From assembly GCA_054600435.1 (NCBI GenBank), contig BAAIJX010000008.1, positions 620,001-684,000 of the forward strand: DNA of 64,000 bases, given 5' to 3'. Shown one piece after another: positions 26,016-38,505 of this stretch (within the stretch, counting starts at the first letter, position 1; each line of letters opens with the position of its first letter). Position numbers and translations under genes: made by a program. The DNA is from Neophaeotheca triangularis (taxonomy: Eukaryota). The notes below the pieces were generated by a model. The model was given only the letters and a program-made list of their open reading frames with translations, searched no databases and was not told where the DNA came from.

Positions 26016-27074
26016 TATGGCTTTCGGGTGGGGAACTTATCATTGGGTTGTATAAGGCTTTGGGCGTTGTTGTCAGCGTTTGTTGTGTCTGTTGCGAATA
26101 TCATGGGACTGTTCTTTGATGAGTGGATGTGTCTGATCCCACTGTTTGATTTGTTACCGCTACATGCCACGCCCTGTACTACGGATGTTAATCAGCCGGC
26201 GAAATCTCGGCTCGCCCACGTCGCGTCCCCACGCGCCTGCCAATTGGATTGTACCATACCTAGTCTAGTATACTTCAAGTTTGCCGCCTTTACTTCAACC
26301 CTCCTTCTCATTCATTCACTCACTCAAGAGAAACAGTGAAGCATCGAGGTTATCTGCTGGGTTCGTAGATTCAGCCTCAATTTCAAAACATCACACACAT
26401 CTAACAGCCGCACAAAGGTGCCCCGGTAACATGACGAAACTTTCACCGAGCTACAGTACAAAACCAAGACCCAACCCTGTGGCCTCATGCGCGTAGCCGC
26501 GAAAGCCGACTTCAAATTCGTTTGCCTGCCAACGCAGACACCCGAGACACTGAAGCTCACACGCACGGACTGGCGCAGGGGAGGGAGAAACATTTTCCAA
26601 AATGGCTGAGTCAACGAACAGAAATCGGATTCCAAACAAACCGCGACGGCACCCGCACTTCTTGCTCACCTGTTTCTTCTAGTAGCTCCCAAACCCTTCC
26701 CACCCACTAACCCCTTCGTCATCGTCAGCCCCACCGCCTGTCCTGCACAGCAGCGGAACCCGCAAGTCGCCAGGCCGAGTCGTTTGATGCGCTCACGGTG
26801 CCGTAAATGACGAAACACACTCAAGTCTAGCCGCCACATTCGTGTGGTCCCCGCCAATTCTGCGTAATCTCTCCGGGGAGAGCGGGAGTTGGTGTTCCAG
26901 GCAATGGGCAATTAGTTTTCAATCGGAGCGGTGCTCGCTCCTTCTCTGCCTTGCGAAGCTTGTCGGGTGGTTGCGAGGACTGCACTGCGCGGGCGGTATT
27001 TGGAAGAGGGTTTTCGGGGACGGGTGGATCTGGGCGGGCTTCTGGGAATGGGGGATGCGAGTGCTTCTTTTTTT

Positions 27075-27208
27075 CGTCCTGTGATGAGTTTCCCCCTGGG
27101 AATCAAAAGCCAAAGTCGAGACAGCCGGCCTTGAGGCTCTTGCTTCTTGCGAGGCAAGAGCGACGGGTCTGGTTGTCGTTGAGAACTGAGAGAGCTAATC
27201 TGAGGACG
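27075..27208 (+). ncRNA. Candidate box C/D snoRNA (target not identified)
   Basis: C box GTGATGA at 27081-27087, D box CTGA at 27200-27203, terminal stem CGTCC/GGACG, internal stem GACAGCC/GGTTGTC capped by the 11-bp hairpin GCTCTTGCTTC-TTGC-GAGGCAAGAGC; lies in a non-coding gap. Confidence 0.65.
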
Positions 27209-27372
27209 TAAAAGTTTACTTGCTGTATCCGGGAGAGGGAGGAGGAGGGCGAAGTCGTGAGTGGTTGTCTAGACCTATGGAACACAGTAGTACCCTTGCC
27301 TTCCCGTGACATCTAGCTAATACTATAGTCTTTAGTTCTTCAAAAATGACGCCATTGCAATTCCACCTAGTC

Positions 27373-29374
27373 TCACAACTTCGACCCCATCTCCTTCTTC
27401 GCCTGCTCCCTCAAAACCCGCTTCAGAATCTTCCCGCTCGCATTCTTAGGCTACAACAACACAATTAGCACCCATCCACAACCACACCACCAATGCCACG
27501 GAAAAACAAAAACTTACAATCGCATCTACAAACACCACTCCCCCGTCCAATTTCTTATAATAAACAAGTTTCCCAGCCACAAAATCGTAAACCTGCTTCT
27601 CCGTGAGCTTATCGCCAACCCCGGGACGTTTCACCACGTAGGCGCGGGGGGCTTCGGAGCCTTCGGAACTTCCGCCTGCTGCGCCGCTGTGGGCGACGCC
27701 GATGACGCCGCAGTCGACGATGGAGGGGTGGTCGAGGAGGAGGCCTTCGATTTCCGGGGGCGCGACTTGGAAGCCACGGACTTTGATGAGTTCCTGGGGT
27801 GTGTGTGTGTGTGGTTAGCGAGATACTGCTGTGGTGGACAAGGTATGTATCAGAGATTGTGAAGTTACCTTCTTCCTGTCGACAATGTACCATAGCTTAC
27901 TCTTGCCGTCTAGGTACGCAATGTCTCCCGTATGGAAGAATCCCTCAGCATCAAAATCTCGCTTGTTGGCCTCTGGGTTCTCGAAGTAGCCCTTGATAAC
28001 CGTCGGCCCTCTGATGCAGAGCTCGCCTCTCACATCATACGAGCTGATATCGTTGCCGTCATCATCGACCAGCTTCACATCAATACTCGGGAGCATCCGC
28101 CCGACACTCGCCGTCGTATCCATCTCGAAGTGCAGCAGGCGCGACGCGATGCAGCTTGTTTCACTCATACCCCATACTTGTGACATGGATGCATTCCCTG
28201 GGAGGAGAGCCTGCATGCGCGCCTGCAGGGCAGCGTCCAAGGGTGCCGCGCCGACTTTGGCCTCTCGAACGGCTTTCAGACTGTACTTTTTGTTCGCAGG
28301 GCTGTTCACGGCGAGCACGACGATAGGGGGCACCATGGTACAGTCCGTGATGGCGTACTTATCCATGGCCCAGAACCAGGACTCGATGTCGAAGCGCGGG
28401 AGCACATAATGTATGTGGCCGGCCCGGAAGGGCGTGGTGTGCGCAACCGGAACTGTGGCTACGTGAAACATGGGCAAGCACATCAGCCGTGAAGCGCGCC
28501 AGGGGCGGGTGTCTGCTTCGAAAACGAGAGTCTAGAGCGTAATCAGCTGATGCGTCCCGACAGTTTCTTGGAAAACATCCCCCTCTCAACCGCAACGAAA
28601 TCAGAAAAAAGCAGACTTACATGCTGCGCGACAAAATTCCTATGACTCAACTCGGCCGCCTTGGGTAACCCTGTCGTCCCACTGGAAAACAAGAGCGCCG
28701 CCGTCGTGCTCTCTGCAATCTGCCGATCATCAAACCGCACCCAATCCCGCTCCCCATGCTCAAACAAGTCCGGCCACTGCAAGAACCCCTCCGGCGCCGT
28801 CTCGCCATTGAGATTAAAAATGATGACGCGCTCGTTGGGGATACCGGCCTCCTTTGTAGCCGCGAGCATCGGTTTCAGCAACTCTGGCTGCACGAGCACG
28901 AATTTCACTTTGGCCGTGCGCAGCGTGTGCGCGAGCTCGTAGGGCGTGTAAGCTGGGTTTGTGCCTGCGAAGACGCCGCCGGTGCCTACGATGCCTTGGA
29001 AGAAGATCGGGTACCAGATCTGTTGGGGAGTGATGAGCTTCGGGTTGGTGGATGTAAAGGAGAGAGAAGCGCGGGCAATCTCACGTTGTTGACGGAGTGG
29101 ATGCACACAGCATCGCCTTTTTGTACGCCTATGGCTCTGAAACCCGCGACGAGTTGGCGGATGGCTTTTTGCGCTTTGCGGGCTGAGATGTTGTTGCTGG
29201 GCTTGAGGGCATCGATCAAGATCTGATTTGTCTGTTGGTTTTGGGTCCCCTCAAGCATGTCAAGATGTCTGTCTTGCTTACCGGCTCGTCGGGGTTATAA
29301 TGCAGATCGTCAAATTCCCACGACAAGATGTCTTTGTTGGGGATATCGTACTGCTGTTCCGCTAGGAAAGGCAT
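27373..29374 (-). CDS. Peroxisomal 4-coumarate-CoA ligase-like / acyl-CoA synthetase (AMP-binding)
   Basis: Six exons. Motifs LLFSSGTTGLPKA, QVWGMSET, GELCIRGP, FHTGD, VDRKKELIKVRG and PKNASGKIL; ends in -SKL (PTS1). Confidence 0.9.
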
Positions 29375-30815
29375 GGTCGGCCGAAGAGGTGGTTTGACGA
29401 CAAACACTTTGAGATTGTTTCTACCAACGCAAAGCGGTAGGTACTAATCTTCAACGTCGACATTCTGAACATTTTATCTATGTAAGGTACCTAACCTGAC
29501 GTCTGTATTATCCCCGGTTATGACTCCCTGCATAACCGAAAGAGCGGGGATGGGCGTGCACAAGTTAGCCGGGCTGACTTCCTTTCCCCCCAAGGGATGC
29601 AAGAAATAATTTCACGAGTTCCCCATCGTAGCATTCGCGCGGCGGAAGACGCTGAATTGACCGTGGATGCTGACGCCTACTTTCTTCTCATGGAAAGCCA
29701 AGGTAAACCCATCAGCTAACCCCTTGGTGACACTTTGCCTGGTACGCCTCACCACTGAATGCCTGCCTATGCTCTGCGAACATCTACGCACGTACCATGG
29801 GGAAGACAAAGACGACCGAGAACCTTGAGATCAGAAGCAGGACAATCCAACCATCTCGAGGCCATCTTAACGTCCATTCCAAGCGACCCTCGCTCCACCG
29901 GTCCAGATCAGAATGCGACGAGGACGTTGGCTGCTGCGCACACAGTACAGTTGCGGTGAGAACTCGAGGTAGTCATATTCAACTGGCGACGTAGCCCGGC
30001 TTTTGTCCTTGTTGCCAATGACGCTGCCCGAACATCAAGGCGCTCATTGCGTGTTTGAAGATAGGAGCATCCCTGGAGGGATTGTGGTAAAAGCGAATTG
30101 TCTGACTCTGCCGGCCGACGGTAGCACTTTCACTAACTCGAGGCCCGTACTGAACTTCCATCGGGGGTGATGTCGCATTGTGGAACTCGATGAATCAGCG
30201 TGCACTTCTTCCTCCAGGTCAGCAGTACCACAACATCTATGCGTCGTTTGCTACGGCCGGTGGATCGGAGCGGTAGACGTGGTAAGATTGACCAAGGGCG
30301 TCTCCGGCGGATCTCCATCATTTCCACGTGGGCGCTTAGTTGTATACGGAAGGATGGCTTTGTAACGAGAGGGCGGCTTGCACTGATGAGAGAGAGGCAA
30401 TCAAGCGTCGTCTACACTCCAGGCTCATGCGGTTTTTAACTGGAACAGCACGGTAGGGTGTCAAATTGCCGTACTCGTAGTCTGACCGCCGAGAAATGGG
30501 AAGCGTGGAAGCTACCTTTTGAAATGCAGGAAACATCAGCCAACTAGAGCCTTTGTGGACGCACAGCGCAGCCGGGAGAAGACTAAAGACTAGATCAGCC
30601 AGAGGATTTGGTGCAGTACCGAATTATTAAAGAAGTATTCTCAGGAAGATACTGTCAGCAATTTCAAAGGCTGTGCAACGTCTACAAGACAATCGACAAT
30701 ACTCATACAGTCTGAAGCCCTTCTCTGAGAAATCGCCACCCATCCTTTCTTCGTCTCCGGTGTCGCCCATCAGTACGTCCCACGCGCAACCCAATCATCA
30801 AACCCCACGCCCACT

Positions 30816-31116
30816 CTACTCCTTCTTCAACCCACCACCAAGCGGGGGCTCGTTGTCAGCGCAGACACACACCCGATCGGGTCTGCACTGCCCGCTGATC
30901 TGCTTGGTCAACTGGCACTGTCGCAAGCGTTAGCAGGACGTTCCGCCCGAAAAGCAGAGTCTCCGTTCGCACCTGAAGACCGCAAGTCGGTTGGCCGAGA
31001 AGCGGGCACAGGAGGCCGAGCTGGCGCTCCTCGAGAGTAGGCGCCGGCGCTGCTTGCGCGAAGATTGCCATCATGGCGAGGACTAGGAGGGTGAAGAGGG
31101 CGGTGGGGCGGTACAA
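30816..31116 (-). CDS. CS-alpha/beta defensin-like secreted peptide (start codon TTG or lost)
   Basis: Exon 1 30973-31116, intron GTGCGA..GCTAAC..CAG, exon 2 30816-30917. Predicted mature QLGLLCPLLGQPTCGLQCQLTKQISGQCRPDRVCVCA has C-x7-CxxxC-x9-C-x5-CxC with a GxC motif. Confidence 0.75.
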
Positions 31117-32899
31117 GTCGATCGATCTGTTTGGGTTCTGGGTGGTTGTATGGGGACTTGTTGTTGTGAGGAGAGGACGTCGAGGTTGGGTCAGTGGAGT
31201 GGCGAAGAGGAGATGAAAGAAGGCGATCGACCGTCCGTCAGCTCTTATGTATCTTCACATCACACGCGCCGACAAGGCGACGCGGACTCGCGGATCACCT
31301 TACGTCTTTCCACCAACTCTAGGTTGTGCCGATCTTTGACACTGCAACGTCTCGCCTACCACTCCATTTCATCATGACTAGCTACAAGTCAGCGGGAGAT
31401 TCTCCTCGTGGTAATAGGTAAAAGACAGACTCTAATGATCCTCCAATAGATGATGGTTAGCGTGCCTCGGATGTAGACTCTGGAATGCCTCAATAAATAA
31501 CACCTTCTCCGCTTCCTGCGGGCTTAAAGTTTCTTGGGGGATCGTCGCTACGTTCCTCGGATCCTGTGGAGTCGTACCAAGGAAACTCTTGACTTCACTC
31601 ATTATTACTCCCCGGAAATCTGGGCTCGATGAGGTGGAACTCTTGCTGGCGTGAGAACGGCTTGTGGCCGAGTGATAATAACGACAGGACGTTTGCTAGA
31701 GGGGGGTGTGTCTGTGTATCGGAGACCACTGCTGTCTTTTTTGACAAACGCTTCGTGGAAGAACACGATCTACTTTCGGTGTCAAATCTCCCGTTGATAT
31801 ACGAAACGACGTGACATGCAAGCAAGCTCAGAACTCTCTCGACGACGCCCGCAAACTCTCGTCGCCTTTCGCCCACGCTGCCTGCAGCTGCAAGGTACCG
31901 GCCTTCCTTTCCTGCGCAAACTTCCAAATCTTTTTCAGAGAAATCTACAAACGTCAGCATCAAAGATCAGGTCACGCGGTTGATATTCCCTTAACCCGCC
32001 AAGTTATGCCCCCGCCTCGAACCCTCTTGTCCAAGTTCAAAACTGTCTCCTCACGTGCCGAGCCCGCTCGACTGCTCGGTTTTCCACACCACAAAGCCTC
32101 CACAGGGTCTTTTCGCGCCATCACTGGCGTCTCGCTCGTGGAGCTACGGGGCTTGTTGGCTTGGGAGCGACAACGCTCGGGGTCTTGCAAGCGCGGAATG
32201 CTCCTTTCATGATTGGGGGAAACGGTGTTCTTGAACAATGTGGGACGGGAAGTAATAAGGCTCGACGACGAACAGCCAGAAAGCTGAACATGCACGCTAC
32301 AGGGGCCGGCGCTGTAGCAGATGTCGGCGACACGTGCGAACGGTGGACTACTGCGTTTGTCGTCAACCTTGTCCTTCGCGCCTGGAGGCCCCGTGTCGGC
32401 GCAAATAGTAAATCACGGCGAGGTGGAGGTTGCGTAGCACTCACTGTTCGCTAACTATTCCCCGCGACGCTTCGTTAGAGGGAAAGCTACTTGCTGTATG
32501 GGATGGAGATTAGCTTTCCCATGTTTGGTTGACAAGGCATCTGCATCGCTCGGCACAACTTGCGTTCACATGTGAGACCGTCTAAGAGCGGGATTGATGG
32601 TACATACTACTACCAACTAATCGCAGGGCTAATGCACGTCTAGATGCCGAGAGTGTGAATACCTGTGCTAGTTGGTCAGTGCCACCTGCGATCTGCCAGC
32701 TGAGAAGCTGCTAGACATCCTACTCTCTAGAGAGACGTTCGACCCTAATGTGCCGTTGAAATGACTGTACAAAGTGGCATGACTATACCATATTTGCCAT
32801 GAGCAAGTCTTTACGACGAAATTGGTGATCGGACAGAAGCCGGCCCATCATCTCGCTCGCTTTCGACATGAGTCTACTTCTAATGTCATCCAGCCTCAT

Positions 32900-34500
32900 C
32901 TTTTAGGCGGTCCTATCGTGTCTAATGATGAATGGAAGCTATGACTCTTCGTCAGTGTACTCGTAGTCGGAGAAACGCACCAGGTCGTCCTTGAATTCAT
33001 CGCTCGGTTCGCGGAAGATGTTGAATGAGCGCTAGTAGAAGCCGGTGTAGTCAAAGAGTAAATACAGTTCCTTTCCGGCGACGCCTTCACGCACAGCGGT
33101 GGATAGCTGCATGGAGGATTACTGCTTCTAACGTCGTCGTCTCCCTTGCGAAAGCGTCCATGTCGTCTACGGAAGGAGGGCTCATTCTTTCCGCTTTGGC
33201 AGCGACGGAGACTATGGCGAGAATGATCAATGTAGTCAAAGCCAGCGTGCCCCCGTGGACGTAGTGTTGGCGAAAAGTATCTAGTAATGGAGAATTTTTA
33301 CTTAGACGACGAGGTCCCTTTTTGGAAAGTGCGAGAAGGTCACTGCCTCCGGGACGGCGGTTTGGCGCAAACTTCGAAGCACTGCCGCCTATAGCAAGTA
33401 GGAACCTTTCGACGTATCCCCCAGGATCTTGGCGCGGTGAGCCGACGAAGATGCGTTGAGGAGAGTGTAACCTTAGAGTGGACTCGACATCGTCCCATTC
33501 CCCCTCTAGCCCGGCGCTCTGGCGACAGGCGTTGTAGAGATGAACGGGGAAAATAGAGCCCTAAGCCGTGAAGAGAAGTCGCTCGGTTTCTGGAAGAGCG
33601 CGTTCAAGCGGAATTCCATAAGCCTATAGAAGATGGGGTGACTATTCTAAAGAAAGGAAGGAGGCTTTGCTAGATACCTGTTCTCACCTCTCACTCTCGC
33701 TTTAGTCATGGTGTCGTTAAGAGCCCATTCTTTCGCAGTTCCCCATATGTTGCGATGGAACTCGTTGTTCTTTTCCGGTCAGTTCTTAAACACTCCGTGG
33801 CCCGAATACTTGAACCACTCGTTAATGGCAGCTGCTATCCGACGAGCAATGTTTTGCAGGTCGCCGCAAAGGTTGATGGGCATAGTCACGAAGACCATGG
33901 TGAATATCCAGGAAAATTTGGGTGGCAAAAATGCCATGTATGGGCAAGTTGCTGATGTCGTTCGCTTCTCTCATCTTGAGGAGAGCCTTCGTGAGCAAGT
34001 CTTGAGCGGGGTTATCGATGTACAGGCGAGAAATCTTGGTGAATTGTGGCAGCACCTCGAAGAATAGGGTGAGATCTTCTTGATGTTTCTCCTCTGGCGT
34101 CAGCTTGGAGCGGTCTGTCCCAGGGCTGTAGTATCCCAAATGGCCCGGCTTCGAGATTGGCAACTCGTTTGATTGAAGGACATTGGAGAAAGACATGAGA
34201 AGGCGTGCTGTAGGTGCGCAGGAAAAAAGCATCACTTATACCACCTCCATGCTGATCGAGGTAGTCGCCCAATCTGGTGACCCTGGTGAAGTAGTCTGGA
34301 CGACCTGGAAGATACTTTACAATTCTCGCACCTCTCTTTGATGGCTAGCAGTGCGGTGTCCGTGGTAATAGCGGTGGACATGGAGCATTGGTAACCTATG
34401 CGATAGCTTTGCTATATCCATGATGTACCGACGGATCTCACTTAGGTCGTTGAAAAGAGCCAGAATGGCGGAAACGTCGTCAAAGCATGATGCTGCACAA
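32900..34500 (-). pseudogene. Disrupted DUF6604-like fungal protein
   Basis: Collinear fragments AILALFNDLSEIRRYI, AITTDTA, PAQDLLTKAL..IFATQIFLDIHH and VHLYNACRQ..EWDDV..RIFVGSP, interrupted by several stops and frameshifts. Family recognised from memory; boundaries approximate. Confidence 0.6.
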
Positions 34501-34829
34501 TAAAGGGGTGGAGGGGCGGAGGGGTGGAGAGGGGCGGGCACGGGAGGGGAGCGATGTCGCTGCTGCTCGTGAGCCCGTCGTGACTTTCTTTAGCCCGCTG
34601 GGCTGGCTGGCGGCTGACGTGATTCAGCCGTGACATTTGCGCAATTGAATAATTATTTTTCTATTGCTAAAGGTACAACCCATGACGCATATCAACTGAA
34701 CAGTCCCGTCACGCCAATTCAAAAACAAAACCCGCTCGTCAAATATACCTTACCTATTACCGTCAACTCTCAATCACCGGCATCGTGTACTTCTAACCCA
34801 CCCATCCATCTTTCTGACCTCGCCCAAGC

Positions 34830-36298
34830 ATGCCCACGCCCGCCCAAAACATCCCCGTCCGAGCGGGCCAAAATGGCGACTCTCTTAACCGAGCAGTGTC
34901 CAACTCTTTCGAGTCGACCAGCCCCAACGCGACCTTCCAAAGCCCGCCGGCGAGCTTGAGTGGACCGCAGAAGCAATCATGGAAACAACTGAAGCCTTTC
35001 CACACCCAAGATATCAAGGTGCTGTTACTGGAGAATGTCAACCAGACTGGGCAGGACATTCTGCGCAAGGAGGGTTACCAAGTTGAGTCCATGAAGAGCT
35101 CATTGGGCGAGAAGGAGTTGATTGAGAAGATCCAGTAGGCGGCACTTTCCAGCCTACGTCTGAATACACCATTCTGACACAACACAGGGACGTCCATGTC
35201 ATCGGTATCCGCTCCAAGACCAAGCTCACAGCCAACGTCCTCAAGCACGCAAAGAACCTCATAGTCGTTGGCTGCTTCTGCATAGGTACGAACCAAGTCG
35301 ACCTCCAATATGCCGCCGAGAACGGCATTGCCGTCTTCAACTCGCCCTTCAGCAACTCCCGCTCCGTCGCCGAACTAATGATCGGCGAAATCATTGTCCT
35401 CGCTCGCCAGCTCGGCGACCGCAACAACGAACTCCACAAAGGCACTTGGAACAAAGTCTCGGCCGGCTGCTGGGAAGTACGGGGCAAGACTTTGGGTATC
35501 ATTGGTTACGGACACATTGGCAACCAGCTCTCAGTCCTCGCAGAAGCCATGGGCATGAATGTCATCTACTACGACGTCGTCAACCTCATGAGCATGGGAA
35601 CAGCCAAGCAAGTCCCCAAACTCGAAGACCTCCTCGGCGGCGCCGACTTCGTCACCCTCCACGTCCCCGAGCTCCCCGAAACTCAAAATATGATCTCGAC
35701 GGAGCAATTCGCGCAAATGCGCGACGGCGCCTACCTTCTCAACGCCTCTCGCGGTAGCGTCGTCGACATCCCAGCCCTGGTTCAAGCCATGCAAAGCGGC
35801 AAGCTCGCCGGCGCAGCCCTAGACGTCTACCCCAACGAGCCCGCCGGCAACGGCGAGCACTTCACCTCCAACCTCAACGACTGGGCTGAAGACCTCCGCA
35901 ACCTCAAAAATATCATCCTTACCCCCCACATCGGCGGCTCAACAGAAGAAGCCCAATCCGCCATCGGTGTGGAAGTGGCAGAGGCCCTCGTCAACTACGT
36001 CAACTTCGGCACCACACAGCGCGCCGTCAACATGCCCGAAGTGCAACTCCGCAGCCTGACTCTCGACGAACCCAACCATGTCCGCGTCGTCTACATCCAC
36101 AAGAACATTCCCGGTGTCTTGCGCAGGGTCAACGAGATACTCGGCGATCACAACGTCGACAAGCAGATGACGGATTCTCGTGGCGATGTCGCGTACTTGA
36201 TGGCCGATATTTCCAATGTCAATACCAATGAGATTCGCAACCTGTATCAGAGTCTGGAGGATTTGAGCAGTAGGATACGGACGAGGGTTTTATACTAG
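34830..36298 (+). CDS. SER3: D-3-phosphoglycerate dehydrogenase
   Basis: Exons 34830-35134 and 35188-36298. Motifs GIRSKT, GCFCIGTNQVDL, NSPFSNSRSVAEL, GIIGYGHIG, NASRG and TPHIGGSTEEAQ, plus a C-terminal ACT domain. Confidence 0.95.
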
Positions 36299-37214
36299 GG
36301 GGATGTTGTTGAGCGAGTGAAGGTCGTAGTAGTTGGGTGGTTTGGATTGGTTTTCTAGACTTTTGTTTGATGCGTGTCAACGATTTTGGGCATTGGGACG
36401 AGATATTCAACATAGCGTAGCGTAGAGCTTTTTGCAATGGAATAGATTTCTTTTGAAGCTAGCCCATTGCCCACCTGCAGTGCTCCAAAGGACCTCGATC
36501 AGCTCCATCCGCCCATCAAAGGAGGCTACACGTGGACGATTGGAATCATCTTGCCTCTGCAATGTTCAGCGACGTCCAACCCTCGAGGCACCAGAACTTT
36601 TCGCTCTCTCGTCTCTAATTCGTCGGTCTTGATCCGAGCTAGTCCAGGGACGCCAATCCTCGCTCCCGGCGACGAGAAGGTCGAAATGCTGTCAAGCATA
36701 GGTAGCTCCCTCCCCTGGCGCTTCCAACTCGTCGACCCGAGGAAGCGGGACACATTGCTGTCGAGGAGACATGCACCCTTGGCGCCGGGATGCTCACCGG
36801 CCACCATTGCGGGAGCTGGGAAATTTCTTCCCGGCGTCTCTCATGAGCTACTTCCTTCGCCGCTCACGTGGTCCGCGAGCGAGGCAATGGGGGCTACAGT
36901 TTCCCCTGCTTCGGGGGTGATGCTGCTCTCCGATACACGACTACTCCGTGAATCTACGGTGAGGGTGGGTAGGTCGTAGCCATCGTTCCCTCGACTTTCG
37001 GCGTTCTTTTAATGGGCCTTTCCGGCGAGGACGTCTATGGGTTGGACTTCGTTCTCTTCCTTGTGTTCCCGCTGCCGATTCAGCGGCTTCTTTGAGATGC
37101 TTTATGATTGCTCTCTAGTAGAAGCTTCTTACTTCGATGACATTTAAAACCCTGTTTCTTCGCCAACTTTGGAAGCGCAAACATGCAGATATGGTCCGGA
37201 GCGTTAATAATGGC

Positions 37215-37993
37215 TCATTTTTCAAGTCTATCGTCCATGGGCTCGAGTCCACCCTTCCTAAGCTGATCCGCCTGCTTGACGTTCCCTTCCAATCCAACAA
37301 GCTGCTTCGGATCCCCAGGAATGACCATCTCAAACACCGCATCGGATTTTATAACCGCATACTGATGGTACCCGCACCTCGCAATGGGATTGGTCTTGCC
37401 CATATCGATCTTCCCGTCAGTCAAAACCTTCTCATCGATATGAATACCAATTACCTTCCCAATCACAACGTCCACACTCCCCATCGGCGGATTCCCCGGC
37501 AACCGCAACGTGCTATAATACTGACACTCAAACCTCACCGGACTAGCCTTCACCATAGCACAATCGACCAAATCGGCCTTCAGCTTCTCCAAACCCGCGT
37601 GCTCAAACTCATCGACTTCCGCACCGAGTGTTTGAGCACTCGCATTGACAGCCTCCCGCAGCTCGTAAGTGGCGAGGTTCCAGCAGAAACTGCCCGTGGC
37701 TTCGGCATTGTTGGTCGTGTCTTTGCGCCCGCCTGTCGCGAGGTCTTGGTTCGCGGCGAACATTACGTATGGTGGGTCGAAGGTTAGGTTGTTGAACTGC
37801 GAGTAGGGTGCTAGGTTGTCTTTGCCATCTGGGGAGCGGGTGCTGATCCAGCCGATTGGGCGGGGGACTACGCAGGCCTGTGTTGGGGGTTTCAATGGGG
37901 TGAATGGGGGGGAAGGCGATTTTGCTGTGGGTTTCCTACCTTGAAGGGATCGCGGGAGAGGTTATGGGCGGTTTTGCCGGGTTCGTAGAACAT
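37215..37993 (-). CDS. Flavin reductase-like / flavoredoxin FMN-binding split-barrel protein
   Basis: Exon 1 37940-37993 (MFYEPGKTAHNLSRDPFK) plus exon 2 37215-37877 (ACVVPRPIGWIST, NLAPYSQFN, KDT, PIARCGYHQY). Confidence 0.88.
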
Positions 37994-38505
37994 TGTTGCG
38001 GTTGAGTCAAGGCCAGGGAGGAGGTAAAAGGGAGGTTTGAAGGGCGCTGTAGTCTAGACTATAGGGGTCCGACTGTTGAGAGGGGGGAATAGTATGTGGC
38101 TATTCTTTGATATGAAGACGAGTGACTACTTAGCTCGCGGTGTAAGCTGTTTCCTATTTACTAAATCATTCGTCCCATCCATTCGAACGGGAAGAGGTTC
38201 GGCAGTAATAGTAACGAGAGGTGAGGAGTCAATGTCCATTGCTCGAAGGGGAAGACTCGGAACAGGTTCGGTAGACCTACCTAGATAGGTAAGAGGTGAG
38301 GAGTGAAGTCGTGCCCCAAGCCGAAATCGGCAATCATGGGTACCCGGTCAAGCCACAACAGGCGGTCCGTCATCTGTGGCTGAACAGGACCTTGGCTCAA
38401 AAGTAAACACTCCGACTTGACATTACATGTTTCTTACCTTTGCGCCAAAAAAAAACCCTTCCCCCTCATACCTCAACGTCCGTATCGGAGCACGACACCG
38501 CTAAG

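Noticed and set aside
26425..27215. TGATGAG and CGAAAC words suggesting a hammerhead ribozyme
   Set aside because: The CUGAUGA..GAAA..UH order and the three stems are not satisfied; a C/D-box reading fits better.
36450..37110. Protein-like minus-strand frame between SER3 and the flavin reductase-like gene
   Set aside because: Interrupted by stops and no recognisable family; it may be a relic but cannot be supported.
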